From: Candidatus Sericytochromatia bacterium
GTDB taxonomy: Bacteria > Cyanobacteriota > Sericytochromatia > S15B-MN24 > UBA4093
Length of the DNA stretch: 64,000 nt
Assembly (NCBI GenBank): GCA_036676985.1
Contig: JAKFBU010000030.1
Coordinates: 64,001-128,000, forward strand
Reading direction: 5' to 3'
Below, in pieces: positions 9,370 through 18,920 of the stretch. Numbering within the stretch: position 1 is the stretch's first letter; every line of letters begins with the position of its first letter. Both the position numbers and the translations under genes were made by a program. The notes beneath the pieces were generated by a model. The model saw nothing but the letters and a program-made list of their open reading frames with translations. It was not told the origin of the DNA and searched no databases.

Positions 9370-9624
9370 ATGAGCCTGCTGGCGTGGATCATCGTCGGGC
9401 TCGTCGCGGGCTGGCTGGCCACCCTGGTCATGCCGGGCGCGGGGGGCGGCATCCTCACGGACCTCATCGTGGGCATGGTGGGCGCCCTCTTGGGCGGCTT
9501 CCTCTTCAACCTGCTCGGGGCCCCCGGGGCCACGGGACTCAACCTCTGGAGCATCCTGGTCGCCTTCGTGGGGGCGGTCGTGCTGCTCTGGGTGGTCAAG
9601 GCCGTCCAGGCCAGACGCGTCTGA
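9370..9624 (+). CDS. GlsB/YeaQ/YmgE (transglycosylase-associated) membrane protein
   Basis: WIIVGLVAGWLA..GGGILTDLIVGMVGALLGG..SILVAFVGAVVLL; AAGGAGG SD. Confidence 0.92.
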   Translation: MSLLAWIIVGLVAGWLATLVMPGAGGGILTDLIVGMVGALLGGFLFNLLGAPGATGLNLWSILVAFVGAVVLLWVVKAVQARRV

Positions 9625-9625
9625 C

Positions 9626-9656
9626 GAAAGGGGGCCGGCAGTGCCGGCCCCCTCTC
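9626..9656. terminator. Putative bidirectional intrinsic terminator
   Basis: GGGGGCCGGCA-g-TGCCGGCCCCC hairpin between convergent genes. Confidence 0.65.
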
Positions 9657-9658
9657 GT

Positions 9659-10522
9659 TTATTGGGCTCGCCGCTTGGTGGCGAAGAAGTCGTAGATGAG
9701 GCCCTCGTGGATGGTGTTCTCCGTGTGGCCCAGCCCCTGGAAGAGCTTGAAGACGTGGTCGAGGCCCAGTGACTGCAAGCGGTTGCGCAAGAGCGTCGCA
9801 TGGGTGGGGGGCACGTACTGATCGGCGTCCCCGTGCTCGATGTAGACCGGGATGCCCTGGAGCTCCCCGGCCCGGGCGACGAGGTCCGTGCGCGTCACGT
9901 CCGTCTCGGAGAGCGTCCCGCCGTAGGCCGCGTCGATGGAGCTCGCGTACATGCCGTCCTTGGCCGTGCGCATGTCCTGGAGGTTGCTCCAGCCCTGCGA
10001 GGTCGCGACCGCGGCGGGCTCGTTGGGGGTGCCCTTGGCCGCCATGGCGGCCAAGAGGGCCGTACCCCCGCCCATGCTGAAGCCCACGTAGTAGAGGCGG
10101 GTCGGATCCGCCTGGTACTTGTCGCGCAGGTGCGCCATCAGCTGGGCGTGCAGGGCGATCGCCCGCTCGTTGCCCCAGTGGTCGCCGCCCAGATCCGCGC
10201 TCGCGAGCACCCAGCCCGGCGGCGCCAGGCGAGGGAAGCGGGTGAGCTTGGTCAGTTGCTGGGCCGTTTGCTGGTAGGAGTGGAAGTAGACGAGGGTGGG
10301 ATACCGCTCGCTCGAGCCCTTCTTGAAGCCTTCCGGCAGGACGATCGTCGCCCGTTGCTCTCCGACCGTCTCGTCGATCACCGTCCCCGCGGCAAGCGGG
10401 GCCGGGGTGGGCGTGGGCGTCGGCTGTGCATAGCGGGCGGGATCTCCGCCGTCCGGGGTCGCGGGTCCCGGGTTACAGCCCGCCAGCATCCCCATGGCCA
10501 CCACCGTGAGCGCTCGGCGCAT
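9659..10522 (-). CDS. Alpha/beta hydrolase lipoprotein (esterase/S9-like)
   Basis: Lipobox LAGC; nucleophile GFSMGG; HGDADQYVP (Asp); GLGH (His). Confidence 0.85.
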   Translation of the reverse strand: MRRALTVVAMGMLAGCNPGPATPDGGDPARYAQPTPTPTPAPLAAGTVIDETVGEQRATIVLPEGFKKGSSERYPTLVYFHSYQQTAQQLTKLTRFPRLAPPGWVLASADLGGDHWGNERAIALHAQLMAHLRDKYQADPTRLYYVGFSMGGGTALLAAMAAKGTPNEPAAVATSQGWSNLQDMRTAKDGMYASSIDAAYGGTLSETDVTRTDLVARAGELQGIPVYIEHGDADQYVPPTHATLLRNRLQSLGLDHVFKLFQGLGHTENTIHEGLIYDFFATKRRAQ

Positions 10523-10652
10523 GCTTCCTCCTTTTGAGACACCATGCCAGAGCATAGAAGAGGAAGTCCGCGAAGCCTTGCCCGAAAGGGACAGTTTCGC
10601 TCGGCCAGCCGTAACTTGCTAGAATGGTGGGCTAGCGATCGAAAGGACCACC

Positions 10653-11054
10653 ATGAATCGCCTCTTGTTGCCGATCCTGACCGCCGCCCTCCTCGTGACG
10701 GGCTGCAAGCGCCATGAGCCGCCCAAGACCGAAGATCTGCTCTACGTCTCCGAGATCGTAGCCCCTCCGATGGCCACGGCCGGCGAGTACTTCCAGGTCG
10801 AGATCGTGGGCAACAAGCCCGACCCGGCCTGGGTCTGGAGCCGCAACGAGATCGCCACCCGGAGCGGCGTCGTCATCCTCTCGGTCTACGGGGTGCGCAA
10901 CCCCGACACGGTGGCCGCGCAGGTGCTGACCGAGTACCGGGCGCCCCAGCGGATCCGCAAGCTCAAGCCCGGATCGCTCACGATCGTAGCCAAGGGCAAG
11001 AACGGCGAAATCACGCGCACCGTCCAGGTGGCGAGCCCCACGGCCACCCCCTGA
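10653..11054 (+). CDS. Hypothetical lipoprotein (beta-sandwich-like)
   Basis: Lipobox VTGC; AAAGGA SD. Confidence 0.75.
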   Translation: MNRLLLPILTAALLVTGCKRHEPPKTEDLLYVSEIVAPPMATAGEYFQVEIVGNKPDPAWVWSRNEIATRSGVVILSVYGVRNPDTVAAQVLTEYRAPQRIRKLKPGSLTIVAKGKNGEITRTVQVASPTATP

Positions 11055-11161
11055 TGACACCTAATGAACACGTTAACGCTTTGGCCGAAGCTTAACGTCA
11101 GGATGAAGGAAGCACAACCTATAAACAGGTAGGTACACCGATCCACGTTTGCGGAGGCCGT

Positions 11162-12709
11162 ATGCGGAACATCACTGCGATTCGAAAGGGGCTCCTTCCC
11201 CTCATCGCTGCCAGCCTGGTTCTGACGGGCTGTGGCCGCTCGCCGAGCATCGTGGACACCCCGCGCACCACCACCTCGACCAACACCAACATGCTCGGCC
11301 AGCGCCCGGCGCTTCCGGCGGGCGTGGTGCCCCTGGCGATCCAGGTCACCCCCACCAACGCGCAGATCCCGGTCGGCGATCAGCGCCGCTTCGAGGTGAG
11401 CGTCCAGGGCAGCAACGGTCAGACCTACACCGATCCCCGGCTCGTGACCTGGTCGCTCGGCGATCCGCAGGCGGGGACCATCGATGACCAGGGCGTCTTC
11501 ACGCCGCAGTCGCAGCGCGTGACCACCGTCCGCGCCTCCTTGATGGACAAGACCGTCGAGGCCCAGATCACCATCGTGCCCGCGACCTACACCTGGCAGC
11601 AGGTTCAGAGCCCCACCAACGCCGACCTCTACGGCGTGAAGATGGTCTCCACCAAGGAGGCCTGGGCGGCCGGCGCCAACGGGACGGTCATGCACTTCCT
11701 CAACGGCACCTGGCAGGTGATGAACTACCCCATCCCGACCAGCTACACCTGGCGGTCGGTGGACTTCGCCAACCCCGGCAACGGCTGGATGGTGGGTCAT
11801 CAGGGCGCTGACGTCGAGGGCTCGACCCCCGCGGTCGCCATGGCCTTCCGCAACGGCATGTGGTACCCCACGCCGACCAACGTCAACGGCGCGCTGCTCG
11901 GCGTCTCGACCGTCGCCGAGAACAACGCCTGGGCGGTGGGTCGCGATGCCAGCGGCAAGTCCCTCATCCTCCAGTGGAACGGCTCGAGCTGGGTGCGCAA
12001 CTCCAGCTACAGCGGCAAGGGCCAGCTGAACGCCATCCAGATGCTCGGCGGTTCGGACGGCTGGGCGGTCGGCAAGGAGGGCGGCGACGCCCTGGTGCTG
12101 CACTGGGACGGCAAGTCCTGGAGCAAGATCTCGCTGCCGCCCTTCTTCGGAACGCTGTCGAGCTCGGAGCTCCTGGGCCTGCAGATGCTGAACGGTCAGC
12201 AGGGCTACGCGGTCGGCAAGAAGGTCGACGCCCTGGGCGTCACCCACGGCCTGATGATGTACTACGACGGCCGCAGCAGCAACGTCATCAACTTCTCGAA
12301 CTGGAAGGAGAAGGACGGCGCTTCGGGCACCACCCGTTTCCTCGACCAGGTTCCCCTGCGCGGCATCGCGATGACCGACAGCAACAAGGGCTGGCTCCTC
12401 GGCTCGACCGTCACCCCGCGTCGCATCCAGGATCCCAGCTCGTGGTTCGGCGGCACCATCAACGACGTGTACGGCAACCTCATGAAGTTCAACGGCACCA
12501 GCTACGACGTGGACAGCAACTTCCAGAGCTACAGCCTCTCGCAGGACTTCATGGGTATCCACCTGCTGCCGGAAGGCGAAGGCGTCATCGTCGGTCGCAA
12601 GGGCTACCTGATGGTGCGGGCCTACGACTGGCGAGGGATGAACACCCAGAATCCCTACGCGCCGCAGCCGGGGTACACCAACACCCAGCCGCCGACGACC
12701 GGTTACTAA
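11162..12709 (+). CDS. Lipoprotein with Ig-like (Big_2-like) domain and Ycf48/BNR-like beta-propeller
   Basis: Lipobox LTGC; VTWSL..GTIDDQGVFT Ig motif; repeated WAVG..ILxWxGxxW blades. Confidence 0.8.
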   Translation: MRNITAIRKGLLPLIAASLVLTGCGRSPSIVDTPRTTTSTNTNMLGQRPALPAGVVPLAIQVTPTNAQIPVGDQRRFEVSVQGSNGQTYTDPRLVTWSLGDPQAGTIDDQGVFTPQSQRVTTVRASLMDKTVEAQITIVPATYTWQQVQSPTNADLYGVKMVSTKEAWAAGANGTVMHFLNGTWQVMNYPIPTSYTWRSVDFANPGNGWMVGHQGADVEGSTPAVAMAFRNGMWYPTPTNVNGALLGVSTVAENNAWAVGRDASGKSLILQWNGSSWVRNSSYSGKGQLNAIQMLGGSDGWAVGKEGGDALVLHWDGKSWSKISLPPFFGTLSSSELLGLQMLNGQQGYAVGKKVDALGVTHGLMMYYDGRSSNVINFSNWKEKDGASGTTRFLDQVPLRGIAMTDSNKGWLLGSTVTPRRIQDPSSWFGGTINDVYGNLMKFNGTSYDVDSNFQSYSLSQDFMGIHLLPEGEGVIVGRKGYLMVRAYDWRGMNTQNPYAPQPGYTNTQPPTTGY

Positions 12710-12713
12710 TCCA

Positions 12714-12747
12714 CGCGAGCCCCCTTCGATGGCGAAGGGGGCTCGCG
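12714..12747 (+). terminator. Putative intrinsic terminator
   Basis: CGCGAGCCCCCTTCG-atgg-CGAAGGGGGCTCGCG stem immediately after stop. Confidence 0.65.
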
Positions 12748-12750
12748 TCT

Positions 12751-12883
12751 ATTCCCCGATCTCAGGTGCTCGCGCCGGGCGGCGTTCCGGGAAATTCCAA
12801 AGCCTGGCTAACGCCATCGGTAGATTGGAATTTCCCTACACGCCACCCGACACTCGCACACTCGACTAATCGAAGCGGGGATT
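12751..12883 (-). ncRNA. Candidate rod-like structured RNA or palindromic element
   Basis: Nested inverted repeats GGGAAATTCCAA/TTGGAATTTCCC, GTGTCGGGTGGCGT/ACGCCGCCCGGCGC (G-U pairs only on minus strand), CCCCG/CGGGG. Confidence 0.4.
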
Positions 12884-12960
12884 GAGAAGGGATCAGCCAA
12901 GGCCGAGAGGCTCGCAGCCCTCCCCCCACAACCATCCCGTTCGTCTTGAGCCAGGTCGAA

Positions 12961-12986
12961 AGCCTGCCCTGAGCTCGTCGAAGGGC
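12961..12986. repeat. REP-like short element (CCCTTCGACGAGCTCAGGGCAGGCT on minus strand)
   Basis: Resembles the widespread intergenic 'CCCTTCGAC-nAGCTCAGG' hairpin repeats; single copy in window. Confidence 0.4.
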
Positions 12987-13002
12987 GGCGAACGGACTCC
13001 CC

Positions 13003-14502
13003 TTAATTCCCCGCGTGCACCGCATCGCTCCAGATGAGCAACGCGTTGCTCACAGCCCGCTCGGACCCATCCGAAGGCCGATTCAGGGTCTGCCCCTCGA
13101 GATAAGCCGTCGTCGATCCGCCCCCATCCAGGTTCAGCGCGTCCTGGGCCCCGAGCTCCTGCATCAAGCTCGCAAGCTCCGTCAACGTCAACCCAATCGA
13201 ATGCCTGGAGTCCCGCCCGTCCACCGCCACGAGCAACAGCTCGCCCGTGGGCGTGACGCCCACCGCGGTACGCGGCGCCCGCCCGCGCACCACGTCCGCC
13301 TGGAAGCGCTCGACGTCCGAGGTGATCTTGGGGCTGCCCGACTCCAACAGGCGCGGTCCCCCTGCGAGCACGTGCTCGACGCCCTCGTAGACGTCCGACA
13401 GCGTGTTCTTGAGGCTCACGGCCGCCCCCATGGCGAGCACCCGCTCCAGCCACTCCGCCGAGCCGCCCATGGCCGAGACCACGTAGCCACCGCGCGGAAT
13501 CGCCAAGTCGGCGGAAGCGATCGCCACCACCCGACCATTCTGGACCGCCGCCTCGAACGTGCGGCCCTTGGCCTCGGTGCGGGTGCGATCGCCGTAGCGA
13601 TCCGTATAAACGACGATCTGGTCGTCCCAACGCGGCTGGTTGACGCCGTCCACCTCCACGCTCTGCCCCTGCGGCAGCTCGAGCACCGCGACGGTAGCCG
13701 ATCGCTCGATGACGGCCCCGGACGAACCGAGTACCAGCGCCGTGCGCGCGTAGATGGGGCCCGTCAAGAGCTCGCCCTGGATCATGAGCAACCCCAGCGG
13801 CTGCCCCCCGCGGCCGAAGTAGGCGCCGTTGATGGCGGCGATCGCCTTGTGACGCTGCGCGATCTTGCTGACGGCCTCGAGCCCGAACCGCCCCCTGGTG
13901 CCGGCCAGCGCCGGAGCGATCCGGATGCCGGGGACCTTGGGATCCACCGCCATCACGTGGACCGAGAGCGGTCCGTCCGGCGTACCCCGGCGCATGGAGC
14001 GGTAGCGCAGCCCGGGGGCCACCGTACGCTCGCTCGACTGGGTGAAGACCTTGTCGAAGACCAGGGTCAGGCCGCCCAAGGCGTCCGGCAGCACGTGTAC
14101 CGGCACCCGGTAGGTCCAGGGCACCACCAGGATCGGGTCCGGGCCGTCCTGCTCCCAGCGCAGCTCGGGCAGGATCCGGTCGGTGGTCGGCTGGCTCATG
14201 AGCGGCAACTGGTACGGACTGAGGCCGACCAGGCGCAGGCGGTAGGCCGCGTCGTTGGACTCGTCGCGGACCTGCACCGCGCCGGACATGGCCAGCTTGA
14301 AGGTGACGCCCTCCGGCGCCGCCTCGACCCGCAGCCCGAGAAGCGTATTGGGGACGGCCGCCGACGGGGAGGCGGACTCCGTGGCCGTCGCCTGGGCGTA
14401 GGCCGGGGCGACGAACAGGCTAGCGGCCAATAAGAGACCGAGCAGGCGCGTGGTCGCGCCTGCTGCGGTCAAGATCCCATTCAGTTGCCGGGGGGTTTTC
14501 AT
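13003..14502 (-). CDS. Exported phosphodiester glycosidase (NAGPA/DUF2233) family protein
   Basis: Signal peptide; AAINGAYF, GGPRLL, RAPRTAVG, ALNLDGGGSTT, ERAVSNAL; start overlaps murA stop. Confidence 0.88.
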   Translation of the reverse strand: MKTPRQLNGILTAAGATTRLLGLLLAASLFVAPAYAQATATESASPSAAVPNTLLGLRVEAAPEGVTFKLAMSGAVQVRDESNDAAYRLRLVGLSPYQLPLMSQPTTDRILPELRWEQDGPDPILVVPWTYRVPVHVLPDALGGLTLVFDKVFTQSSERTVAPGLRYRSMRRGTPDGPLSVHVMAVDPKVPGIRIAPALAGTRGRFGLEAVSKIAQRHKAIAAINGAYFGRGGQPLGLLMIQGELLTGPIYARTALVLGSSGAVIERSATVAVLELPQGQSVEVDGVNQPRWDDQIVVYTDRYGDRTRTEAKGRTFEAAVQNGRVVAIASADLAIPRGGYVVSAMGGSAEWLERVLAMGAAVSLKNTLSDVYEGVEHVLAGGPRLLESGSPKITSDVERFQADVVRGRAPRTAVGVTPTGELLLVAVDGRDSRHSIGLTLTELASLMQELGAQDALNLDGGGSTTAYLEGQTLNRPSDGSERAVSNALLIWSDAVHAGN

Positions 14503-15785
14503 CCGACGACGACGGACTCCGTGTGGCGAACGCGATGGATCTTGGCACCCACCGCCGTGAGCTTGGCCTCGATGTCCTCGTAGCCGCGGTCGATGTGCTG
14601 GAGGGCCGTCACGACCGTCTCCCCCCGGCCGACCAGGCCCGCGAGGATCATGGCCGCCCCTGCCCGCAGGTCGGTGGACTTGACCTGGGCCCCGGTGAGC
14701 TCCGGAACGCCCTGGATCACGGCCACATTGCCCTCGGTCTTGATGTTGGCGCCCATGCGGACCAGCTCGTCCACGTGCAGGAAGCGGTTCTCGAAGACCA
14801 TCTCCGTCAGGACCGAGGTCCCGTCGATGGTCGCAAGCAGCGTCATGAACTGGGCCTGCATGTCGGTCGGGAAGCCCGGGTGCGGCATCGTGCGGACGTC
14901 CACCGGCTTGAGGGGACCCTCGACCTTGACGTTGACCGCGGTCTCGCCGATGGGCGTCACGGTGACGCCCGCCTCCACGAGCTTGCTCGTGATGGCGGCC
15001 AGGTGCTCCACCCGGACGCCCTGGAGCGTCAGGTCGCCCTTGGTGATGGCCGCGGCCACCATGAAGGTGCCCGCCTCGATGCGGTCCGGGATGATCTCGT
15101 GCTCGCAGCCGCCGAGGCGGCGCACGCCCTCCACGGTGATGGTCTGCGTGCCGGCGCCGGTGATCTTGGCGCCCATCTTGATGAGGAACTCGGCCAGGTC
15201 CGTGATCTCGGGCTCCTGGGCGCAGTTCTCGATGACGGTGGTGCCCTCGGCGTGCACGGCGGCCATCATGATGGTCTCGGTCGCGCCCACCGACGGGAAG
15301 TCGAGGTAGATGTTGCCGCCGACCAGCTGGTCCGCCTGAGCCTCGACGTAGCCGTGCTCGATGGTGACCTTGGCGCCCAGGCTGCGCAGGCCCTTGAGGT
15401 GCAGGTCCACCGGCCGCGAGCCGATGGTGCAGCCGCCGGGCAGGGGAATCCGCGCGTGGCCCATCCGAGCGAGGATGGGGCCGATGGCGAAGAAGGCCGC
15501 CCGCATCTTGGTGACCATCTCGTAGGGGGCGGTGTAGTCGCAGAGCCCTGCGCCGTTGACCCGCAGCGCACCGTGGCCGATCGAGACGACGTCGACGCCC
15601 AGGCTGCGCAGGATGTCGCAGATCAGGTGGACGTCCGTCAACTCGGGCACGTTGGTGATGAGGCAGTCGTCCTGAGACAGGATCGACGCCGCGAGGATGG
15701 GGAGCGCGGCATTCTTGGCGCCGCTAATCGGGATGGTGCCGACGAGAGGGGTCCCGCCGTTGATAATCAGCCTATCCAAGCCCAT
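14499..15785 (-). CDS. murA: UDP-N-acetylglucosamine 1-carboxyvinyltransferase
   Basis: SGAKNAALP, LPGGCTIGSRPVDLH (catalytic Cys), PGFPTDMQAQ, FENRF, DLRAGAA, IDRGYE. Confidence 0.98.
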   Translation of the reverse strand: MGLDRLIINGGTPLVGTIPISGAKNAALPILAASILSQDDCLITNVPELTDVHLICDILRSLGVDVVSIGHGALRVNGAGLCDYTAPYEMVTKMRAAFFAIGPILARMGHARIPLPGGCTIGSRPVDLHLKGLRSLGAKVTIEHGYVEAQADQLVGGNIYLDFPSVGATETIMMAAVHAEGTTVIENCAQEPEITDLAEFLIKMGAKITGAGTQTITVEGVRRLGGCEHEIIPDRIEAGTFMVAAAITKGDLTLQGVRVEHLAAITSKLVEAGVTVTPIGETAVNVKVEGPLKPVDVRTMPHPGFPTDMQAQFMTLLATIDGTSVLTEMVFENRFLHVDELVRMGANIKTEGNVAVIQGVPELTGAQVKSTDLRAGAAMILAGLVGRGETVVTALQHIDRGYEDIEAKLTAVGAKIHRVRHTESVVVG

Positions 15786-16136
15786 CTCCTCCTACCGTGA
15801 GCCAAGTTCTGCTTGCTTGAGCACAATGTACCTCGCGATGATTGTGTCTATATTACGCCGAGGTTGCTGTCGTAACTCCCACAATCTCGCCTTAACCGCG
15901 TTGCCGGACCCCTCCGACGGCGGTGGGCGGTCTGGTCTGAAGACCGGGCCACCGGGCCGTCGCCTTGTGATCGTTTTCTACCCGTAGAATAACCTAGCCA
16001 GGAGCCGGCAATCGCAAAGTTTGGGTTAAATTTTTCGCCCCCGCCGGCCTTTCTCCCTTTTGCACAAAGGCCTTTGGAGGTTGCGTCCAGGTTAACTCGG
16101 CCTCCGGACGCACGCGCTGCCCGGAGGTCAGCCGCC

Positions 16137-16550
16137 TTAGGCGCGCAGGTTGAGCTTGGGAGCGCCCTTCTTGACGCCCTCGACGCGCAGGACGATGTCG
16201 TCCGCCTTGACGCCACCCGAAAGCTCCGTGCGCACCCAGTAGCGACCGGCCGCCGGCACCTGGACGTTCTCGAAGGTGGTCCGGAAGCCCATGCCCCCGC
16301 CGGTCTGATCGAGCGTGATCGTCTCGTGGGTGTAGCTGATGAGCTCGGTCTTCTTGTCCTCCGCGAGCATCGTGTGCTTGCAGGAATAACGGCCAGCCGG
16401 AAGGTCGTAGGCGCAGCTCAGGATCGCAAAGGACAGGGGGACCGGGAACTCCTCGGCCACCACCCGATGGATCGGGTGGATGAAGAGCTGCTTGTTGTTG
16501 GAGACGTCGATCTCGACGTTTTCGAAGAGGATGGTCTGGACCGTCGGCAT
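16137..16550 (-). CDS. Hypothetical beta-sandwich protein
   Basis: AGGAAGGA SD before ATG 16550; FENVQVPAAGRYWVR Ig-like strand; GC3-rich codons. Confidence 0.65.
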   Translation of the reverse strand: MPTVQTILFENVEIDVSNNKQLFIHPIHRVVAEEFPVPLSFAILSCAYDLPAGRYSCKHTMLAEDKKTELISYTHETITLDQTGGGMGFRTTFENVQVPAAGRYWVRTELSGGVKADDIVLRVEGVKKGAPKLNLRA

Positions 16551-16822
16551 GCGCGTTCCTTCCTGCGGCTGCCACCTGCTGGCGGCGGACATTAGAGGTC
16601 GGGCCTGGCTCCGCAGCGTCCGACGGCGCGTCGGCAACGCTTGGTAGCAAGCTTCCGGTTAAGGATACGGTACGGATCCTCCGGACGCAAGGTCATTGAT
16701 CACGCTCGCCCGCAAGCTTCGATTCCTCGCTCGGCCGCGGCCCGGATCGAGCGCGGGGCCGCTCCCCGGGGCGACGGGGGCGCGCGGTGGGCGGATCGAG
16801 CCCGCCCCGCGCTAACCTCAGG

Positions 16823-16852
16823 TTGCTGGCGACGTCCGGACCATGGTATACT
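16823..16852 (+). promoter_or_regulatory. Putative sigma70 promoter for rpsB
   Basis: TTGCTG-18nt-TATACT with TG extended -10. Confidence 0.55.
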
Positions 16853-16888
16853 CGCGATCCGCTCTTTTGCCCGGAACTACGTCCGGAG

Positions 16889-16980
16889 CCCACACGCTCA
16901 CCGGCCGACAGGCGGTGTCGGGGACCGAGTCCCCTGATTCCTGTCGGAGCTCAGCGCCCCGGTGAGCGGCGGAACGAACC
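16889..16980 (+). ncRNA. rpsB leader (t44/S2 autoregulatory-like RNA)
   Basis: CACAC start, CGCTCACCGG/CCGGTGAGCG and CCGACAGG/CCTGTCGG stems, ends GGAACGAACC; lies in rpsB 5' UTR. Confidence 0.6.
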
Positions 16981-17014
16981 GTTTTACGATCTAAGGAAAA
17001 GGAGACTCGATCCC

Positions 17015-17755
17015 ATGCCCGTCGCCCCGATGAAGAGCCTGCTCGAAGCCGGCGTCCACTTCGGTCACCAGACCCGCCGTTGGAACCCCAAGATGCGTCC
17101 GTACATCTTTGCGGAGCGCAACGGCATCTACATCATCGATCTGCAGAAGACCTCGCGTTACCTCGACGCGGCGTACTTCTTCGTCCGCGACATGGTCGCC
17201 CAGGGCAAGAACGTTTGCTTCGTGGGCACCAAGAAGCAGGCCCAGGAGACCATCCGCGAAGAGGCCGAGCGCTGCAACATGTTCTTCGTGAACCAGCGCT
17301 GGCTCGGCGGCATGCTGACCAACTTCGACACCATCAAGAAGCGCATCGCCCGCCTCAAGGAGCTGGAGCAGATGAAGGCCGACGGCACCTTCGATCGCCT
17401 GCCCAAGAAGGAAGTCGCGATCCTCGAGAAGGAGATCACCAAGCTCGAGCGCACGCTGGGCGGCATCAAGAACCTGCCCGGCCGTCGCCCGGACGTGCTG
17501 TTCATCGTCGATACCAAGAAGGAGCACCTCGCGATCAAGGAAGCCCGCAAGCTGGGCATCCCCGTGGTGGCCATCGTCGACACCAACTGCGACCCCGATG
17601 AGGTCGACTACATCATCCCCGGCAACGACGACGCGATCCGCTCGATCAAGGTCATCACCGAGAAGATCGCCGAGGCCGTGCTCGAGGGCAAGCAGGGCGT
17701 CCAGCACCAGCCGGCCGCCACTCCCGCCGAGCAGCTCGAGGCCGTCTCGATCTAA
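17015..17755 (+). CDS. rpsB: 30S ribosomal protein S2
   Basis: [45 protein letters not shown]; AAGGAG SD. Confidence 0.99.
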   Translation: MPVAPMKSLLEAGVHFGHQTRRWNPKMRPYIFAERNGIYIIDLQKTSRYLDAAYFFVRDMVAQGKNVCFVGTKKQAQETIREEAERCNMFFVNQRWLGGMLTNFDTIKKRIARLKELEQMKADGTFDRLPKKEVAILEKEITKLERTLGGIKNLPGRRPDVLFIVDTKKEHLAIKEARKLGIPVVAIVDTNCDPDEVDYIIPGNDDAIRSIKVITEKIAEAVLEGKQGVQHQPAATPAEQLEAVSI

Positions 17756-17771
17756 CGATCAGACCCCGTCG

Positions 17772-17805
17772 AAAGGCGCCCGGACCGCACGGTCCGGGCG
17801 CCTTT
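17772..17805 (+). terminator. Hairpin/terminator between rpsB and tsf
   Basis: AAAGGCGCCCGGACCG-ca-CGGTCCGGGCGCCTTT. Confidence 0.6.
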
Positions 17806-17918
17806 AGCCTCGCCAAGCGAGGGATATTAGCGTATAATGAAGGGCGAATTTGCCCCATCTTAAACTCAATGCCCCCAGGCCCCCCGCGCCTGCGGCGGCC
17901 ACATTCGGAGGAGAACAC

Positions 17919-18851
17919 GTGGAAATTTCCGCTTCGCTCGTCAAGGAGCTTCGTGAAAAGACCGGCGCCGGCATGATGGACTGCAAGAAGGCCCTCACCG
18001 AGACCGAGGGCAACCTGGAGGCCGCCGTCGAGTTGCTGCGCAAGAAGGGCCTTGCCGCTGCCGCCAAGAAGGCCAGCCGCATCGCGAGCGAAGGCCTCGT
18101 GGGGTCGTTCGTCACGACCGACGGCCGCACCGGCGGCCTGGTCGAGGTCAACTGCGAGACGGACTTCGTGGCCCGCAACGAGGAGTTCCAGGCGCTCGTG
18201 AAGGACGTCGCCCGTCAGGTCGTCGAGAAGGCCGCCAGCAACGAAGGCGTCGGCTCCGACCTCATGGAGCAGCCCTTCGTCGGCGACCAGTCGATCACCG
18301 TGGCCGACCTCATCAACCAGAAGGTCGCCAAGATCGGCGAGAAGATCGACATCCGTCGCTTCGTCCGCTACCAGGCCGAGGCCAACGGCCTCGTCGGCTC
18401 CTACATCCACCTGGGTGGCAAGATCGGCGTGCTCATCGAGCTCAGCTCGAGCACGGATCTCAGCGGCAACGCCGCGGCCCAGGAGCTCGCCCGCGACCTC
18501 GCCATGCAGGTCGCCGCGTCGCAGCCCCAGTTCGTCCGCCGCGACGAAGTGCCCGCCGAGCAGATCGACGCCGAGCGTCGCATCCTCGCCGAGGCCGACG
18601 AGATCAAGAACAAGCCCGAGGCCGTGCGCCCCAAGATCGTCGAGGGCCGCATCAACAAGTACTTCGAGCAGGTCACCCTCCTCGAGCAGCCCTTCATCAA
18701 GGATCCCGGCAAGAACGTGACCGAGGTCATCAAGGAGCGCGTCGGCGGCGACGTCTCGGTGCGCCGCTTCGCCCGCTTCGTGCTGGGCGAGGGCCTCGAG
18801 AAGCGGACCGAGGACTTCGCGGCCGAAGTCGCGGCCCAGATGGGCAAGTAG
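17919..18851 (+). CDS. tsf: Translation elongation factor Ts
   Basis: VKELREKTGAGMMDCKKAL, EVNCETDFVARN, LLEQPFIKD; GGAGG SD before GTG. Confidence 0.99.
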   Translation: MEISASLVKELREKTGAGMMDCKKALTETEGNLEAAVELLRKKGLAAAAKKASRIASEGLVGSFVTTDGRTGGLVEVNCETDFVARNEEFQALVKDVARQVVEKAASNEGVGSDLMEQPFVGDQSITVADLINQKVAKIGEKIDIRRFVRYQAEANGLVGSYIHLGGKIGVLIELSSSTDLSGNAAAQELARDLAMQVAASQPQFVRRDEVPAEQIDAERRILAEADEIKNKPEAVRPKIVEGRINKYFEQVTLLEQPFIKDPGKNVTEVIKERVGGDVSVRRFARFVLGEGLEKRTEDFAAEVAAQMGK

Positions 18852-18869
18852 GACCCACCAGCCAAGCAT

Positions 18870-18899
18870 GCGACCCCCGAAGCCATCTTCGGGGGTCGC
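18870..18899 (+). terminator. Stem-loop after tsf
   Basis: GCGACCCCCGAAG-ccat-CTTCGGGGGTCGC. Confidence 0.5.
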
Positions 18900-18920
18900 C
18901 CCTCAGATTAGGAGACCCCG

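Noticed and set aside
16030-16115. c-di-GMP-I riboswitch-like words (GGACGCAA..CCTCC, GCAAAA) upstream of murA
   Set aside because: Element order and the P2 GNRA/receptor architecture do not fit; only short words match.
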